Positions 40,328 to 49,262 of a stretch of DNA of 64,000 nt are shown here, one piece after another (the stretch's first letter is position 1; each line of letters begins with the position of its first letter). The notes below the pieces were generated by a model. The model ran no database searches and was not told where the DNA came from. It worked only from the letters and a program-made list of their open reading frames with translations. The stretch spans positions 12,521 to 76,520 of the forward strand of contig DASQIU010000045.1 in the NCBI GenBank assembly GCA_035631395.1, read 5' to 3'. The translations under genes were made by a program, and so were the position numbers. The DNA comes from Daejeonella sp. Its GTDB lineage: Bacteria; Bacteroidota; Bacteroidia; Sphingobacteriales; Sphingobacteriaceae.

Positions 40328-41132
40328 CTCCATTCCTCAAATAAAATATACAGATACTAACAACTTTTTTTTAATGGCCGGCCCTTGTGTAATAGAGGGC
40401 GAAGATATTGCCTTGCGTATTGCCGAGCGTATCGTTTCTATTACCGATAAATTGAGAATTCCTTTGATTTTCAAAGGTTCTTATCGTAAAGCCAACCGTT
40501 CACGCTTAGATTCATTCACAGGTATTGGCGATGAAAAAGCGCTGAAAATTTTAGCGAAGGTAAGTGCCGAATTTGCCGTGCCCACCATTACCGATATTCA
40601 TGAGAGCCAGGAAGCCGCTATGGCCGCCCAATACGTGGATGTTTTGCAGATACCGGCGTTTTTATGCCGCCAAACAGATTTGCTAGTTGCTGCCGCTCAG
40701 ACCGGAAAAGCTATTAATATTAAAAAAGGGCAGTTCTTATCTGCCTCTTCCATGAAATTTGCCATAGATAAAGTATTCGAATCGGGCAATCCAAATGTTA
40801 TTTTAACTGATCGGGGTAATACCTTTGGTTACCAGGATATTATTGTGGATTACCGCGGTATCCCTGAAATGCGCAGCTTAGGCGTTCCGGTAGTGATGGA
40901 TTGTACCCATTCTTTGCAACAACCTAACCAGGCAAGCGGTGTTACCGGCGGCAAACCAGAGTTAATTGAAACTATTGCCAAAGCGGCCATAGCTGTAGGC
41001 GCTGATGGATTGTTTTTGGAAACTCATCCGGATCCGGCTAATGCCAAATCAGATGGAGCCAACATGCTGCATTTGGATAATTTGGAAAAAATGCTGGTTA
41101 AATTGCTTCGCATTCGGGAAGCAGTGGTTTAA
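40311..41132 (+). CDS. kdsA: 3-deoxy-8-phosphooctulonate (KDO-8-P) synthase
   Basis: FFLMAGPCVIEGED, IFKGSYRKANRS, DIHE and CTHSLQQP. Start trimmed to MTQIISS. Confidence 0.93.
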   Translation: MTQIISSIPQIKYTDTNNFFLMAGPCVIEGEDIALRIAERIVSITDKLRIPLIFKGSYRKANRSRLDSFTGIGDEKALKILAKVSAEFAVPTITDIHESQEAAMAAQYVDVLQIPAFLCRQTDLLVAAAQTGKAINIKKGQFLSASSMKFAIDKVFESGNPNVILTDRGNTFGYQDIIVDYRGIPEMRSLGVPVVMDCTHSLQQPNQASGVTGGKPELIETIAKAAIAVGADGLFLETHPDPANAKSDGANMLHLDNLEKMLVKLLRIREAVV

Positions 41133-41145
41133 GAGAAAATCACAA

Positions 41146-41190
41146 AAAGATGGCGAGAAAATTATTGATTTTAACTCGCCATCTTTTTGC
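41146..41190 (+). terminator. terminator after kdsA
   Basis: aaagatggcgag / ctcgccatcttt is a 12-bp stem with a 17-nt loop, followed by T residues. Confidence 0.6.
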
Positions 41191-41249
41191 AATTTTGGGA
41201 CTTTTAAATTCTCTAATTTAGCCTGCTATTTATTTCTAAGTAACTATTT

Positions 41250-41675
41250 CTAAGCAGTTTCAAGTGCTTTTATGTCGAACTTCTTCATTTTCATAAACGC
41301 CTGAATAACTCGTTGTCCTTTTTCCGGATCGCTCATCAGCTTGCCTAAAATTACCGGAACCACTTGCCAGGAAACACCAAATTTATCCTTGCACCAGCCA
41401 CACATACTTTCTTGTCCACCATCGGAAGTAAACTTATTCCAGTAGTAATCAATTTCTTCCTGGTTTTCACACTCAATCACAAAGGATACTGATTCATTGA
41501 ACTTGAACTCAGGGCCGCCATTTAAACCCATAAATTTTTTACCATTGAGTTCAAATATCACTACCATTGGGTTGTCGGTGATGATTTTTGAGTTTTGAAA
41601 AACGGAGCAATAAAACTTTGCAGCTTCCTGAGCTTTTCCATCAAACCATAAACAAGGATAGATTGGGTTTGCCAT
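41250..41675 (-). CDS. VOC-superfamily protein, PhnB / 3-demethylubiquinone-9 3-methyltransferase-domain type
   Basis: 141 aa. IYPCLWFDGKAQEAAKFYCSVF and DKFGVSWQVVP are typical of this family. Confidence 0.75.
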   Translation of the reverse strand: MANPIYPCLWFDGKAQEAAKFYCSVFQNSKIITDNPMVVIFELNGKKFMGLNGGPEFKFNESVSFVIECENQEEIDYYWNKFTSDGGQESMCGWCKDKFGVSWQVVPVILGKLMSDPEKGQRVIQAFMKMKKFDIKALETA

Positions 41676-41678
41676 ATT

Positions 41679-42110
41679 TTAAGCTTTTGAAAAGTTTAAC
41701 ATCCAACGGATACCATATTTGTCTAAGCAACATCCCCAATAACCCCAAAACTGTTCTGTCATTGGTGCAGATTCACTTCCACCATCAGATAATAATTGGT
41801 AAAGCCGGTCGGTTTCCTCTTTACTATCCGGTTCCAGATTGATGGTTACATTATTTCCAATTTTTACAAAGTGGCCCATACTTTCCAGCATATCCGTTCC
41901 CATAATTTGCATGCCGCCCAGGATAGGTAAACAAACATGCATCACCTTATTCTTGTCCTCCTCAGAAAATGCAGGCATTCCTTCTTGCGCCGGAATATCT
42001 TTATTATACATAATTGGAGCTACAAACTCAGTTTTGAAAACAGATTTGTAAAAATTGAAGGCTTCTTCTGTCTTGCCTTGAAAATTGAGGTAAATTGAAA
42101 CTTTTGCCAT
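41679..42110 (-). CDS. VOC-superfamily / PhnB-like protein (tandem paralogue-like neighbour)
   Basis: 143 aa. YLNFQGKTEEAFNFYKSVF and DKYGIRWML. Confidence 0.75.
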   Translation of the reverse strand: MAKVSIYLNFQGKTEEAFNFYKSVFKTEFVAPIMYNKDIPAQEGMPAFSEEDKNKVMHVCLPILGGMQIMGTDMLESMGHFVKIGNNVTINLEPDSKEETDRLYQLLSDGGSESAPMTEQFWGYWGCCLDKYGIRWMLNFSKA

Positions 42111-42163
42111 AGCTTTTATTTTTAAAATTTTAATAAAATTCTCTTAAGGGCGAAAGTTAAATT

Positions 42164-42592
42164 TTACGCCCGGTCATAATCAGCTTTCCAATTCTTGATT
42201 GCTTGCTTAATGGCTTTGCTGCTTAAATTTTCTTTTAAGGCTCTTTCTGCCAAGGTCGAAAACTCTTCGTCCGGGGCAAAACGCAGGGCTACAATTTGTC
42301 CCATCCGCAAGGCAGTTGGTAAAGTTTTTCCCGTTAGAATATAATACCGAAAATTTTCTTCCGCCCGGATAGCCCGATCCTGAGCTTTCAAAGCAAAGGA
42401 CCGCGAGTACCAGAATAAAAACATACCGCAGATAAAGAGCAGCACAATTAAGCTGGCTGAATAAAGCTCATCACTGCCCATAGATTTGCTAAGATTAACA
42501 ATTGAGCCAATGAGTCCCAATACTAATAAAGCGGCTAAAATGCGATGGTAACCGGTTATAATCCGGATGTGATTCTGGTAATTTTGTTCCAT
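42164..42592 (-). CDS. two-TM membrane protein (possibly DUF6526-type)
   Basis: 142 aa with two TM helices, then an amphipathic C-terminal region. The family name is from memory only. Confidence 0.45.
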   Translation of the reverse strand: MEQNYQNHIRIITGYHRILAALLVLGLIGSIVNLSKSMGSDELYSASLIVLLFICGMFLFWYSRSFALKAQDRAIRAEENFRYYILTGKTLPTALRMGQIVALRFAPDEEFSTLAERALKENLSSKAIKQAIKNWKADYDRA

Positions 42593-42594
42593 AT

Positions 42595-44493
42595 TTAGTT
42601 TTTGATGATTTTAAACTCTGTTCTTCTGTTAGTTCTCCGGCCTTCTTCGCTGGTATTATCTGCCACCGGCCGACTTTCTCCGTATCCTTTGTAGCTTAAT
42701 CTGGATGGATTTATTTTATTGTTGATTAAAAAGTTATAAACTGTTTTAGCCCGGTTTTCAGAAAGTAACAGGTTTGATTTATCATCGCCCACATTATCGG
42801 TGTGCCCGCCTATTTCAATAACCGTTTTGGGGTTTTGGTTTAGAAAAACGATCAACTGCTGCAATTCTACTTTTGATTCGGATAAAAGATTGTATTTATT
42901 GGTATCGAAGAAAATATTATTGAGCACCACTAAACCGCCCACTTCAATTTTTTGCAGTGGAACTTTAATATGAAAAGGTTTATTATCTCGCTGATTTTCT
43001 AAAGTAAAATTGGCTGAATAAAACAGGTAATTATCTTTAGAAACGGTCAAGCCGAAGGAATTACCCACCAGCATGGTGGCCATGAACTCACCGCTTTCCT
43101 CATCCGAGTTTTCCTCAAATACGGTTTTGTTTGTGGCCAGATTAATGATTTGCACTTTAGCATCCAGTACTTCCTGGGAGTTTTTATCAAATACGATTCC
43201 TTTGACATAATTTACCGGCTTAGGGCGCAAATGGACAGGCAATTCAAAGGAATAGATATCCAAGCCTCCAAAACCTCCGGGGCGGTCAGCGGCAAAGAAG
43301 GCCGTTTTTCCGTCACTGCTAATAGTTAAGCCGCTTTCTTCACCAAAAGTATTGATGGGATAACCCAAATTTTGAGGCTTCTGCCAATTTCCTGCCGGAT
43401 CTTTTCGGCTGACGAAAAGATCTTTATTACCCAAACCCGGCCAGCCATTCGATGAAAAATATAAGGAATGATCGTCCGGGTGAATAAAAGGCGATTGTTC
43501 ATCGTAAGGGGTATTAATTTCGGGACCCAGATTAACCGGATTAGACCAGGAACCATCTGCTTTTAAGTCTGATTTCCAGATATCGTATCCACCATATCCA
43601 CCCGGCCGGGTACTTACAAAGTAAAGAGTTTTACCATCAGCGCTTAACGAAGGTTGAGATTCCCAGCCTGGAGTATTAACCGGCGGGCCAATATTAAAAG
43701 GTTTACTCCAGTTTTTCCCTTCCCGCTTAGATACATAAATATCACAACGGCCCAAACCGTCCGGGCGGTTACATCCGGTAAAAAACATATAAAGACCATC
43801 GGGCGAAATACACTGCGCACCCTCATTATACATGGTCGTATTAATATTATCGCTTAAATATTCCGACTTGATCCAAACACCGTCTTTTTTAATGCTTTTA
43901 TAAAAATCTTCATTTTGGCGGGCCTGCCGGGTAAAAATCAAGGTTTCCTCATCGGCTGTTACCACGGGTAAATATTCCTGATCTTTGGTATTTACTCCGG
44001 AACCCAAATTTACCGGATTAAAATTTACCGGATGCTTTATGGCTTCTATGCTAAACTCGCAGTCGGCGATGAATTTGTCAACCAGTTTTTTGCTCTGGTC
44101 AGAAAGCCCGGGAAAACCGGCATATTTTTGAAAATGTTGCAGGGCTTCGGCATACTCACCTGTATTTAATTCGCTTTCGGCCAGGCCAAAATAGGTGAGT
44201 GGAGTTAGTTCGGCATCAATTTCAAGCACTTTGCGGTAGCTTTCTTTGGCGTTGTTATAATCAGAAAGTCTGCGATAAATATCTCCTAATTGTTGTTGAG
44301 CGGCGGCAAAATTGGGGTCGGCCTCCAGAGCCAGTTTGAGCTGCTCTATGGCTTTGCCAAAAATCTTGTCGGCAATAAACTGACCGGCCAATGCATAAGC
44401 TTTTTGTGCCTGTTTATTAGCAGACGTATTGGCTTTTTGCCCAAAAGCAGTAATGGCAAAACATAATAATAACAGGAGTAAAATTTTTCTCAT
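42595..44493 (-). CDS. OmpA-family protein with TPR and PD40 (TolB-like) repeats
   Basis: 632 aa. Signal peptide, TPR region, repeated PD40-type motifs (E..P.lS.DG..lyF.S.R.GG.GG.DI..) and a C-terminal OmpA domain (GHTDNVGDDKSNLLLSENRAKTV...NRRTEF). Confidence 0.85.
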   Translation of the reverse strand: MRKILLLLLLCFAITAFGQKANTSANKQAQKAYALAGQFIADKIFGKAIEQLKLALEADPNFAAAQQQLGDIYRRLSDYNNAKESYRKVLEIDAELTPLTYFGLAESELNTGEYAEALQHFQKYAGFPGLSDQSKKLVDKFIADCEFSIEAIKHPVNFNPVNLGSGVNTKDQEYLPVVTADEETLIFTRQARQNEDFYKSIKKDGVWIKSEYLSDNINTTMYNEGAQCISPDGLYMFFTGCNRPDGLGRCDIYVSKREGKNWSKPFNIGPPVNTPGWESQPSLSADGKTLYFVSTRPGGYGGYDIWKSDLKADGSWSNPVNLGPEINTPYDEQSPFIHPDDHSLYFSSNGWPGLGNKDLFVSRKDPAGNWQKPQNLGYPINTFGEESGLTISSDGKTAFFAADRPGGFGGLDIYSFELPVHLRPKPVNYVKGIVFDKNSQEVLDAKVQIINLATNKTVFEENSDEESGEFMATMLVGNSFGLTVSKDNYLFYSANFTLENQRDNKPFHIKVPLQKIEVGGLVVLNNIFFDTNKYNLLSESKVELQQLIVFLNQNPKTVIEIGGHTDNVGDDKSNLLLSENRAKTVYNFLINNKINPSRLSYKGYGESRPVADNTSEEGRRTNRRTEFKIIKN

Positions 44494-44578
44494 ACGCGGT
44501 GGAGAGCGTTTCCGAAGATAAAAAATATCTGGTATTTACGGATTGAATACGAAACGGAATTTATTTCAGCTTAAAAAA

Positions 44579-45346
44579 TCATGAGAATATTTCTTTCAAA
44601 AATAATTTCATATGCTCCCAGGAACGTCTGTCAGCTTCTGCATTATAAGCCGCTCCTTTAGAATTATCATTTCCGGCGTTGGGGTCGGTAAAGGCATGAA
44701 CGGCATTAGAATAGTAAATCATCTGCCAGTCGGCTTTGCCATCCCGCATTTCCTGTTGAAATTTTTTGATTTCTTCGGCAGATTCATATGGATCATCGGC
44801 TCCATGCAACACCAGTACTTTGGTTTTGATCAGTTCATTTGCCCGTTTGGGATCTTTGGCCAAACTGCCGTGAAAAGAAATGACTCCTTTTACCGGAAAA
44901 TCAGCCCGGGCAGCTTCTATGGCACCGGTTCCGCCAAAACAATAGCCCATAACGGCAATACGGTTAGGATCAGCGCCCTGTTTGATCAATTCATTGATAG
45001 CGGCCTTAATACGCGATTGGTAATCCTGGTAATTAGTTTTATAATAACCCGATTTTTCGCTCGCTTCTTTCGGATCTTTGGGACGCTCATTTTCTCCATA
45101 AATATCCGCGGCCAGCGCATTGTAGCCTAAAGCAGCTAATTTATCGGCCGAGTTTTTCTCATGTTGACTCAATCCCATCCACTGATGGATAATAACCACG
45201 CCGGGCGCTTTAGCTTGTTTGGCCTTTGCAAAATAGCCTTGCAGTTTTGCATTGCCGTCGCTGTAATTTACATTTACGCCCTGCGCATAGGCCGAAGCGG
45301 ATAAAGTGCCCACTAAAGCAAGCATTATAAATTGTCTGATTTTCAT
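44579..45346 (-). CDS. dienelactone hydrolase family protein
   Basis: 255 aa with signal peptide. GYCFGG nucleophile motif; HGADDP. Confidence 0.85.
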   Translation of the reverse strand: MKIRQFIMLALVGTLSASAYAQGVNVNYSDGNAKLQGYFAKAKQAKAPGVVIIHQWMGLSQHEKNSADKLAALGYNALAADIYGENERPKDPKEASEKSGYYKTNYQDYQSRIKAAINELIKQGADPNRIAVMGYCFGGTGAIEAARADFPVKGVISFHGSLAKDPKRANELIKTKVLVLHGADDPYESAEEIKKFQQEMRDGKADWQMIYYSNAVHAFTDPNAGNDNSKGAAYNAEADRRSWEHMKLFLKEIFS

Positions 45347-45380
45347 TTCCCTATAATTTTTTAGTTTTCAACAAACTAAT

Positions 45381-46004
45381 TTAAGGAATGTTCAGGTATT
45401 TATGGGTTTGTAAGGAGATTTCCCAGCGGGGATTATCTTTGACATAGTCGATAATAAGAGGAGTCATTTGAGCAGCTTTAGACCATTCGGGCTGTAAATA
45501 CAACTTACAATTATCTGAAACCAGGTTGGAATTTTCTTCTGCCCAGGCAAAATCGCTTTTATTGAAAACAATCACTTTCAGTTCGCCGGCCATGCGGGCA
45601 ACTTCGGGTTTAGGCCCTTTAAATTTTTTGGGCGATAAGCAGATCCAGTCCCAATGCCCTGAAAGTGGATAAGCGCCAGAAGTTTCAATAAAGGTTTTGA
45701 TGCCGCGTTGTTGCAACCCGGCAGTTAAATAATCCAGGTTGTAGATCAATGGTTCGCCGCCGGTAATGACTACGGCCTTGCCGGGATATTTAGAAGCATT
45801 TTCAATGATCTGGTCTGCAGAAGTAAGCGGATGAAGTTCCGCATCCCAGCTTTCTTTCACATCGCACCAATGGCAACCCACATCACATCCGCCTAAACGA
45901 ATAAAATAAGCCGCTTTGCCTGAATGGTAGCCTTCACCCTGAATAGTGTAGAATTCTTCCATTAAAGGTAATAAGGTGCCGTCGGGTGGAATTTGATGTG
46001 CCAT
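45381..46004 (-). CDS. queE: 7-carboxy-7-deazaguanine synthase QueE (radical SAM)
   Basis: 207 aa. EEFYTIQGEGYHSGKAAYFIRLGGCDVGCHWCD carries the CxxxCxxC cluster. Confidence 0.88.
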   Translation of the reverse strand: MAHQIPPDGTLLPLMEEFYTIQGEGYHSGKAAYFIRLGGCDVGCHWCDVKESWDAELHPLTSADQIIENASKYPGKAVVITGGEPLIYNLDYLTAGLQQRGIKTFIETSGAYPLSGHWDWICLSPKKFKGPKPEVARMAGELKVIVFNKSDFAWAEENSNLVSDNCKLYLQPEWSKAAQMTPLIIDYVKDNPRWEISLQTHKYLNIP

Positions 46005-46239
46005 TGTGAAATTTAGGCTGCAAATATAAGCAGTTTTAGCAGGATTGAGTATGGGAATGAGGATTGGGACACGGGGCTGACAGAAAATTGGATGGGGAGA
46101 TTTCTTTTTGGATTAAAATGGTAGAAATAAGATTCACGAACTGGAAATATTTAACAATACATTTCCATAAATTAATTTGGAATTTAAAATATTGCGTCTA
46201 TTTTAGAGTTACAAGCAACCGTAAGACACCGAAATAGTA

Positions 46240-46812
46240 ATGACAGACGACATAATAAATTCAATAAGTAAGACTGCAAAACTTGTAAAGGACTTAAATA
46301 GCTTACCCGACGAGCAAGGAATATACGCTTTGTACATTGACAAGTCAACTGATTTAGGGAAATTTGGAAATCCCGGACAATTAATATATGTCGGTATATC
46401 CGAGAAAAGTTTAGTAAGTAGAGGCATCGAAACACATTTCAAAACTGGACAAACTGGGTGGTCAACATTAAGACGTTCAATTGGAGCTATTTTGAAATCG
46501 AAGTTGAAATTATCAGCGCATAAAAGAGACTTAAATCCTAAAAAACTTCGTGCTGACAAATACAAATTTGATGAAAAGGGTGAAGTAAGACTTACTGAAT
46601 GGATGATTGAAAACTTGAAAATGGGTTTTTGGTCAACATCAAATCCGTTAACGAAAGCAAAACTAAGAGACGAGGAGGAAAAAGTAATTATCAACCTCAA
46701 ACCAAGTTTAGACCTTGATAAAAGGACAAAACGTTTAAATCCTTTAGCACAGGAACTTGACAACCTTAGAGAAATTTGCAGACAGGAGGTTAAAAATAAT
46801 AACCAGATATGA
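46240..46812 (+). CDS. GIY-YIG nuclease family protein
   Basis: 190 aa. GIYALY then IYVGIS (the GIY / YxG pair), conserved Arg in STLRRSIG, acidic residue in LTEWMIENL, and EEKVIINLKPSLDLD (the E...N region), in the canonical order. Confidence 0.65.
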   Translation: MTDDIINSISKTAKLVKDLNSLPDEQGIYALYIDKSTDLGKFGNPGQLIYVGISEKSLVSRGIETHFKTGQTGWSTLRRSIGAILKSKLKLSAHKRDLNPKKLRADKYKFDEKGEVRLTEWMIENLKMGFWSTSNPLTKAKLRDEEEKVIINLKPSLDLDKRTKRLNPLAQELDNLREICRQEVKNNNQI

Positions 46813-46972
46813 AACGGGGTTTGAGCTGCTAGTAACATTGCATTGGCAATAGGCGGGCTGACGTGCTACTATGAAACTTTTAACTAAATTTAAAACCTCA
46901 GTCAATAAATCCCACCTATCACTAATACGGTCGTTAGTGGTCATGTTTTAACGACAATTTTGCATCCACAGA

Positions 46973-47719
46973 ATGAACAAAATGAAATTGACACCTGAAC
47001 AATTTGTATTACTTGAAAATTCTTATTTAAGACATTTTCCAACCTACATTCCAGACGAAATATTTCAGGACTACAGAACTATAATTGAGTACAAAGACCT
47101 TATTAGGTATGCAAAACCTGACAAGCGAATTTTAAATCATCTTCTTGATATTGTTATTGATAAAATAAAAAGCAAGCAACGTTTTCAAAAAAACACTTTT
47201 ATAAAACTAATTCGCTGGCAATGTGACAATACGTTTATTGACAGCACAACTTCTGATAAATTATTTTTCGTTTTCAAATCGTTAATCAATGAAGTAAACG
47301 AGACAATTGCTTGGAGTTTAAGCGTGACAATTAAGGACATTGAACTTTCACAGGAAAACATTGACTGGCTTATAGATAATTATGAAATTTCAGAACACTT
47401 ACAAAACAGATTACTCCGATATCCTAAACCAAACGAGGCAATTACAACTTGGTGCGACCAACGACTGAAGAAAAAAGACCTAGACAATCGTTTGTCTGAA
47501 CTAATTGGACTAAGGTTAAACTTTGACACCGATCTTACTTTCAAAGATAAAACCAGTTTGATTTGGGGTATCCATTATTCCAAGCTCACAGTCAAAAAGA
47601 AAAAAGAATTGCTCCTTAAACATTTGACGGGTGACAATTTTGAAGAGCTTATAAAGATTTGCGAAAAGAATAATTTTACAGATGTCATTTCGCAACTTTA
47701 TAATGACATTGACAAATAA
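46973..47719 (+). CDS. hypothetical all-helical (repeat-like) protein
   Basis: 248 aa, very AT-rich codons. Successive helix-pair-like segments of ~40 aa. I recognise no catalytic motif or family. Confidence 0.5.
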   Translation: MNKMKLTPEQFVLLENSYLRHFPTYIPDEIFQDYRTIIEYKDLIRYAKPDKRILNHLLDIVIDKIKSKQRFQKNTFIKLIRWQCDNTFIDSTTSDKLFFVFKSLINEVNETIAWSLSVTIKDIELSQENIDWLIDNYEISEHLQNRLLRYPKPNEAITTWCDQRLKKKDLDNRLSELIGLRLNFDTDLTFKDKTSLIWGIHYSKLTVKKKKELLLKHLTGDNFEELIKICEKNNFTDVISQLYNDIDK

Positions 47720-47930
47720 AAAATATAGAGATTGGCACAACGGAAAGTGAAGAACAATAACAGGTATTTCGCAAAAAGCTGGTTCATTGCTTAAATGAAG
47801 CAATGTGCTTCGTATCAAGTTTCGTACTTCGAAATTCGCTTCTTCGCCAAGCGCCAAAACATTAGTGGTAAGCTATAACACACAAATCTCCTAAATCGAA
47901 AAAAACGAAAATCAAACTAACAACTAGAAT

Positions 47931-48386
47931 ATGCTGACACTTTTCCCTGACGAAAACATTATTACAGAATCTGATGGACAACGGGTTGTTTTAACAACAC
48001 ACAGAATCTGCTATGAACACAAAGAATGGGGTCGTTCTTACAACCAAAGTATAATGTTGGAACACATAACATCTTGTGAAAACCACAGTGTAAGTAGATA
48101 TTGGCTTTTAGTCATAGCAGGACTTTTAGTAGTTTTTGGATTTTTTAGTGCTACAAATGGAAATTCAGAACTATTGGGTGTTTGTGGATTATTTGCTGTA
48201 GGACTTGGACTTTTATTTTGGTTTACCCGAAAAAGTTTGGTTGTAGTAGGCTCACCAAGTACCAAAATGGTAATTAACGTAACAGGTATGACTAGGGACA
48301 AAGTTTTATCATTTATTAATAGAATCGAGCAAACAAAACACAAACGGCTGCTGACATTAAATAACAAACAAGTCGGACAAAATTAG
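47931..48386 (+). CDS. hypothetical small membrane protein: beta-rich module interrupted by a TM hairpin
   Basis: 151 aa. The N-terminus VVLTTHRICYE...IMLEHITSCE is followed by two TM helices (YWLLVIAGLLVVFGFF, LLGVCGLFAVGLGLLFWF). It ends with SLVVVGSPSTKMVINVTGMTRDKVLSFINRIEQ. The overall shape is like a bacterial PH-like fold with an inserted hairpin. Confidence 0.5.
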   Translation: MLTLFPDENIITESDGQRVVLTTHRICYEHKEWGRSYNQSIMLEHITSCENHSVSRYWLLVIAGLLVVFGFFSATNGNSELLGVCGLFAVGLGLLFWFTRKSLVVVGSPSTKMVINVTGMTRDKVLSFINRIEQTKHKRLLTLNNKQVGQN

Positions 48387-48445
48387 ACTACCATGGGCTT
48401 CAAAAACTAAATAAACTCAGGAATTAAAAAAAGCACCTTGAATTT

Positions 48446-48862
48446 TCACCCCACCAAATACCTCTCAAAAAAATCTTTACAATTCAGTACCTCAATCTCT
48501 GAAAAATAGAAATCCTGTATATCTTCAGTCAGAATGCAGGAGCAGTTTTGTTCCAGGGCAGCATAATATTCCAGGCCATCTTCAAAATTGTGTATTTGTT
48601 TGTTGGCCAAAGTGTTTTGTACGCTTTGGGCAGAACCCGGAGCAATTTGTATATGCCGGCAAAGAATATCTATTTTATTTTTAGCACTTGATTTTTGCTT
48701 TTTTTGGGCAAAATAAAAGGCATTGGCCAAACAAAGAGGAGAGGTGTATAATTCGAATTTGGGATGCTGGGCTAAGCTTAAAATACGAGATGAATAAGTA
48801 AACAAAGGATATTCTTTGTTTAGTACGGATACCAGGATATTGGCATCTAAAAATAACTTCAT
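48446..48862 (-). CDS. PIN-domain toxin (VapC-like)
   Basis: MKLFLDANIL (first acidic residue), then EDGLEYYAAL and ILTEDIQDF. Start trimmed to the ATG, 6 nt inside the track ORF. Confidence 0.8.
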   Translation of the reverse strand: MKLFLDANILVSVLNKEYPLFTYSSRILSLAQHPKFELYTSPLCLANAFYFAQKKQKSSAKNKIDILCRHIQIAPGSAQSVQNTLANKQIHNFEDGLEYYAALEQNCSCILTEDIQDFYFSEIEVLNCKDFFERYLVG

Positions 48863-48868
48863 CGGCAA

Positions 48869-49129
48869 TTATTTTTTAGCATTAAAAAACTCATCTTTTA
48901 GAGTTTTCCTGGAGGTTTTTCTGGCTCTTTTATATTCTACTTCGCCCTCGGCAACTTGAGAAACCCAATCAGAAATGGGGAAATCTTCCAAACTTTTGTA
49001 CGAATGGTTGGTAACCTGTTTCAGTAGATGCTCAATTAAACGCGATAAGCTGATGTGATTATCCGCGGCGTATTTTTTGGCTCTCTGAATAATATCCCGG
49101 TTAAAACTTAGAGTGATTTTACTATCCAT
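48869..49129 (-). CDS. antitoxin-like RHH protein (DUF6364-type)
   Basis: MDSKITLSFNRDIIQRAKKYAADNHISLSRLIEHLLKQV is the usual pattern of the small partner found upstream of Bacteroidota PIN genes. Its stop lies 6 nt before the PIN ATG. Confidence 0.65.
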   Translation of the reverse strand: MDSKITLSFNRDIIQRAKKYAADNHISLSRLIEHLLKQVTNHSYKSLEDFPISDWVSQVAEGEVEYKRARKTSRKTLKDEFFNAKK

Positions 49130-49262
49130 GACTAATTCCTCCTTATTCAAAAATTATTACACTAATATACGTAAAGCTAAAATAAACTACACGTATAAAA
49201 CAAAATATTTTTTTAGTGATTTTCTTGCTATATGGCTTCTTAATAAATCTAAAAAAATCGAA

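Noticed and set aside
46209-46838. 209-aa minus-strand ORF covering the GIY-YIG gene
   Set aside because: Its translation is Leu/Ser/Phe-rich with no motif. The plus-strand frame carries the ordered GIY-YIG motif set, so I call the plus strand.
47516-47857. 113-aa minus-strand ORF spanning the end of the 248-aa gene and the following spacer
   Set aside because: It overlaps a better-supported gene and runs through ttcgt-word repeat sequence. It has no motif.
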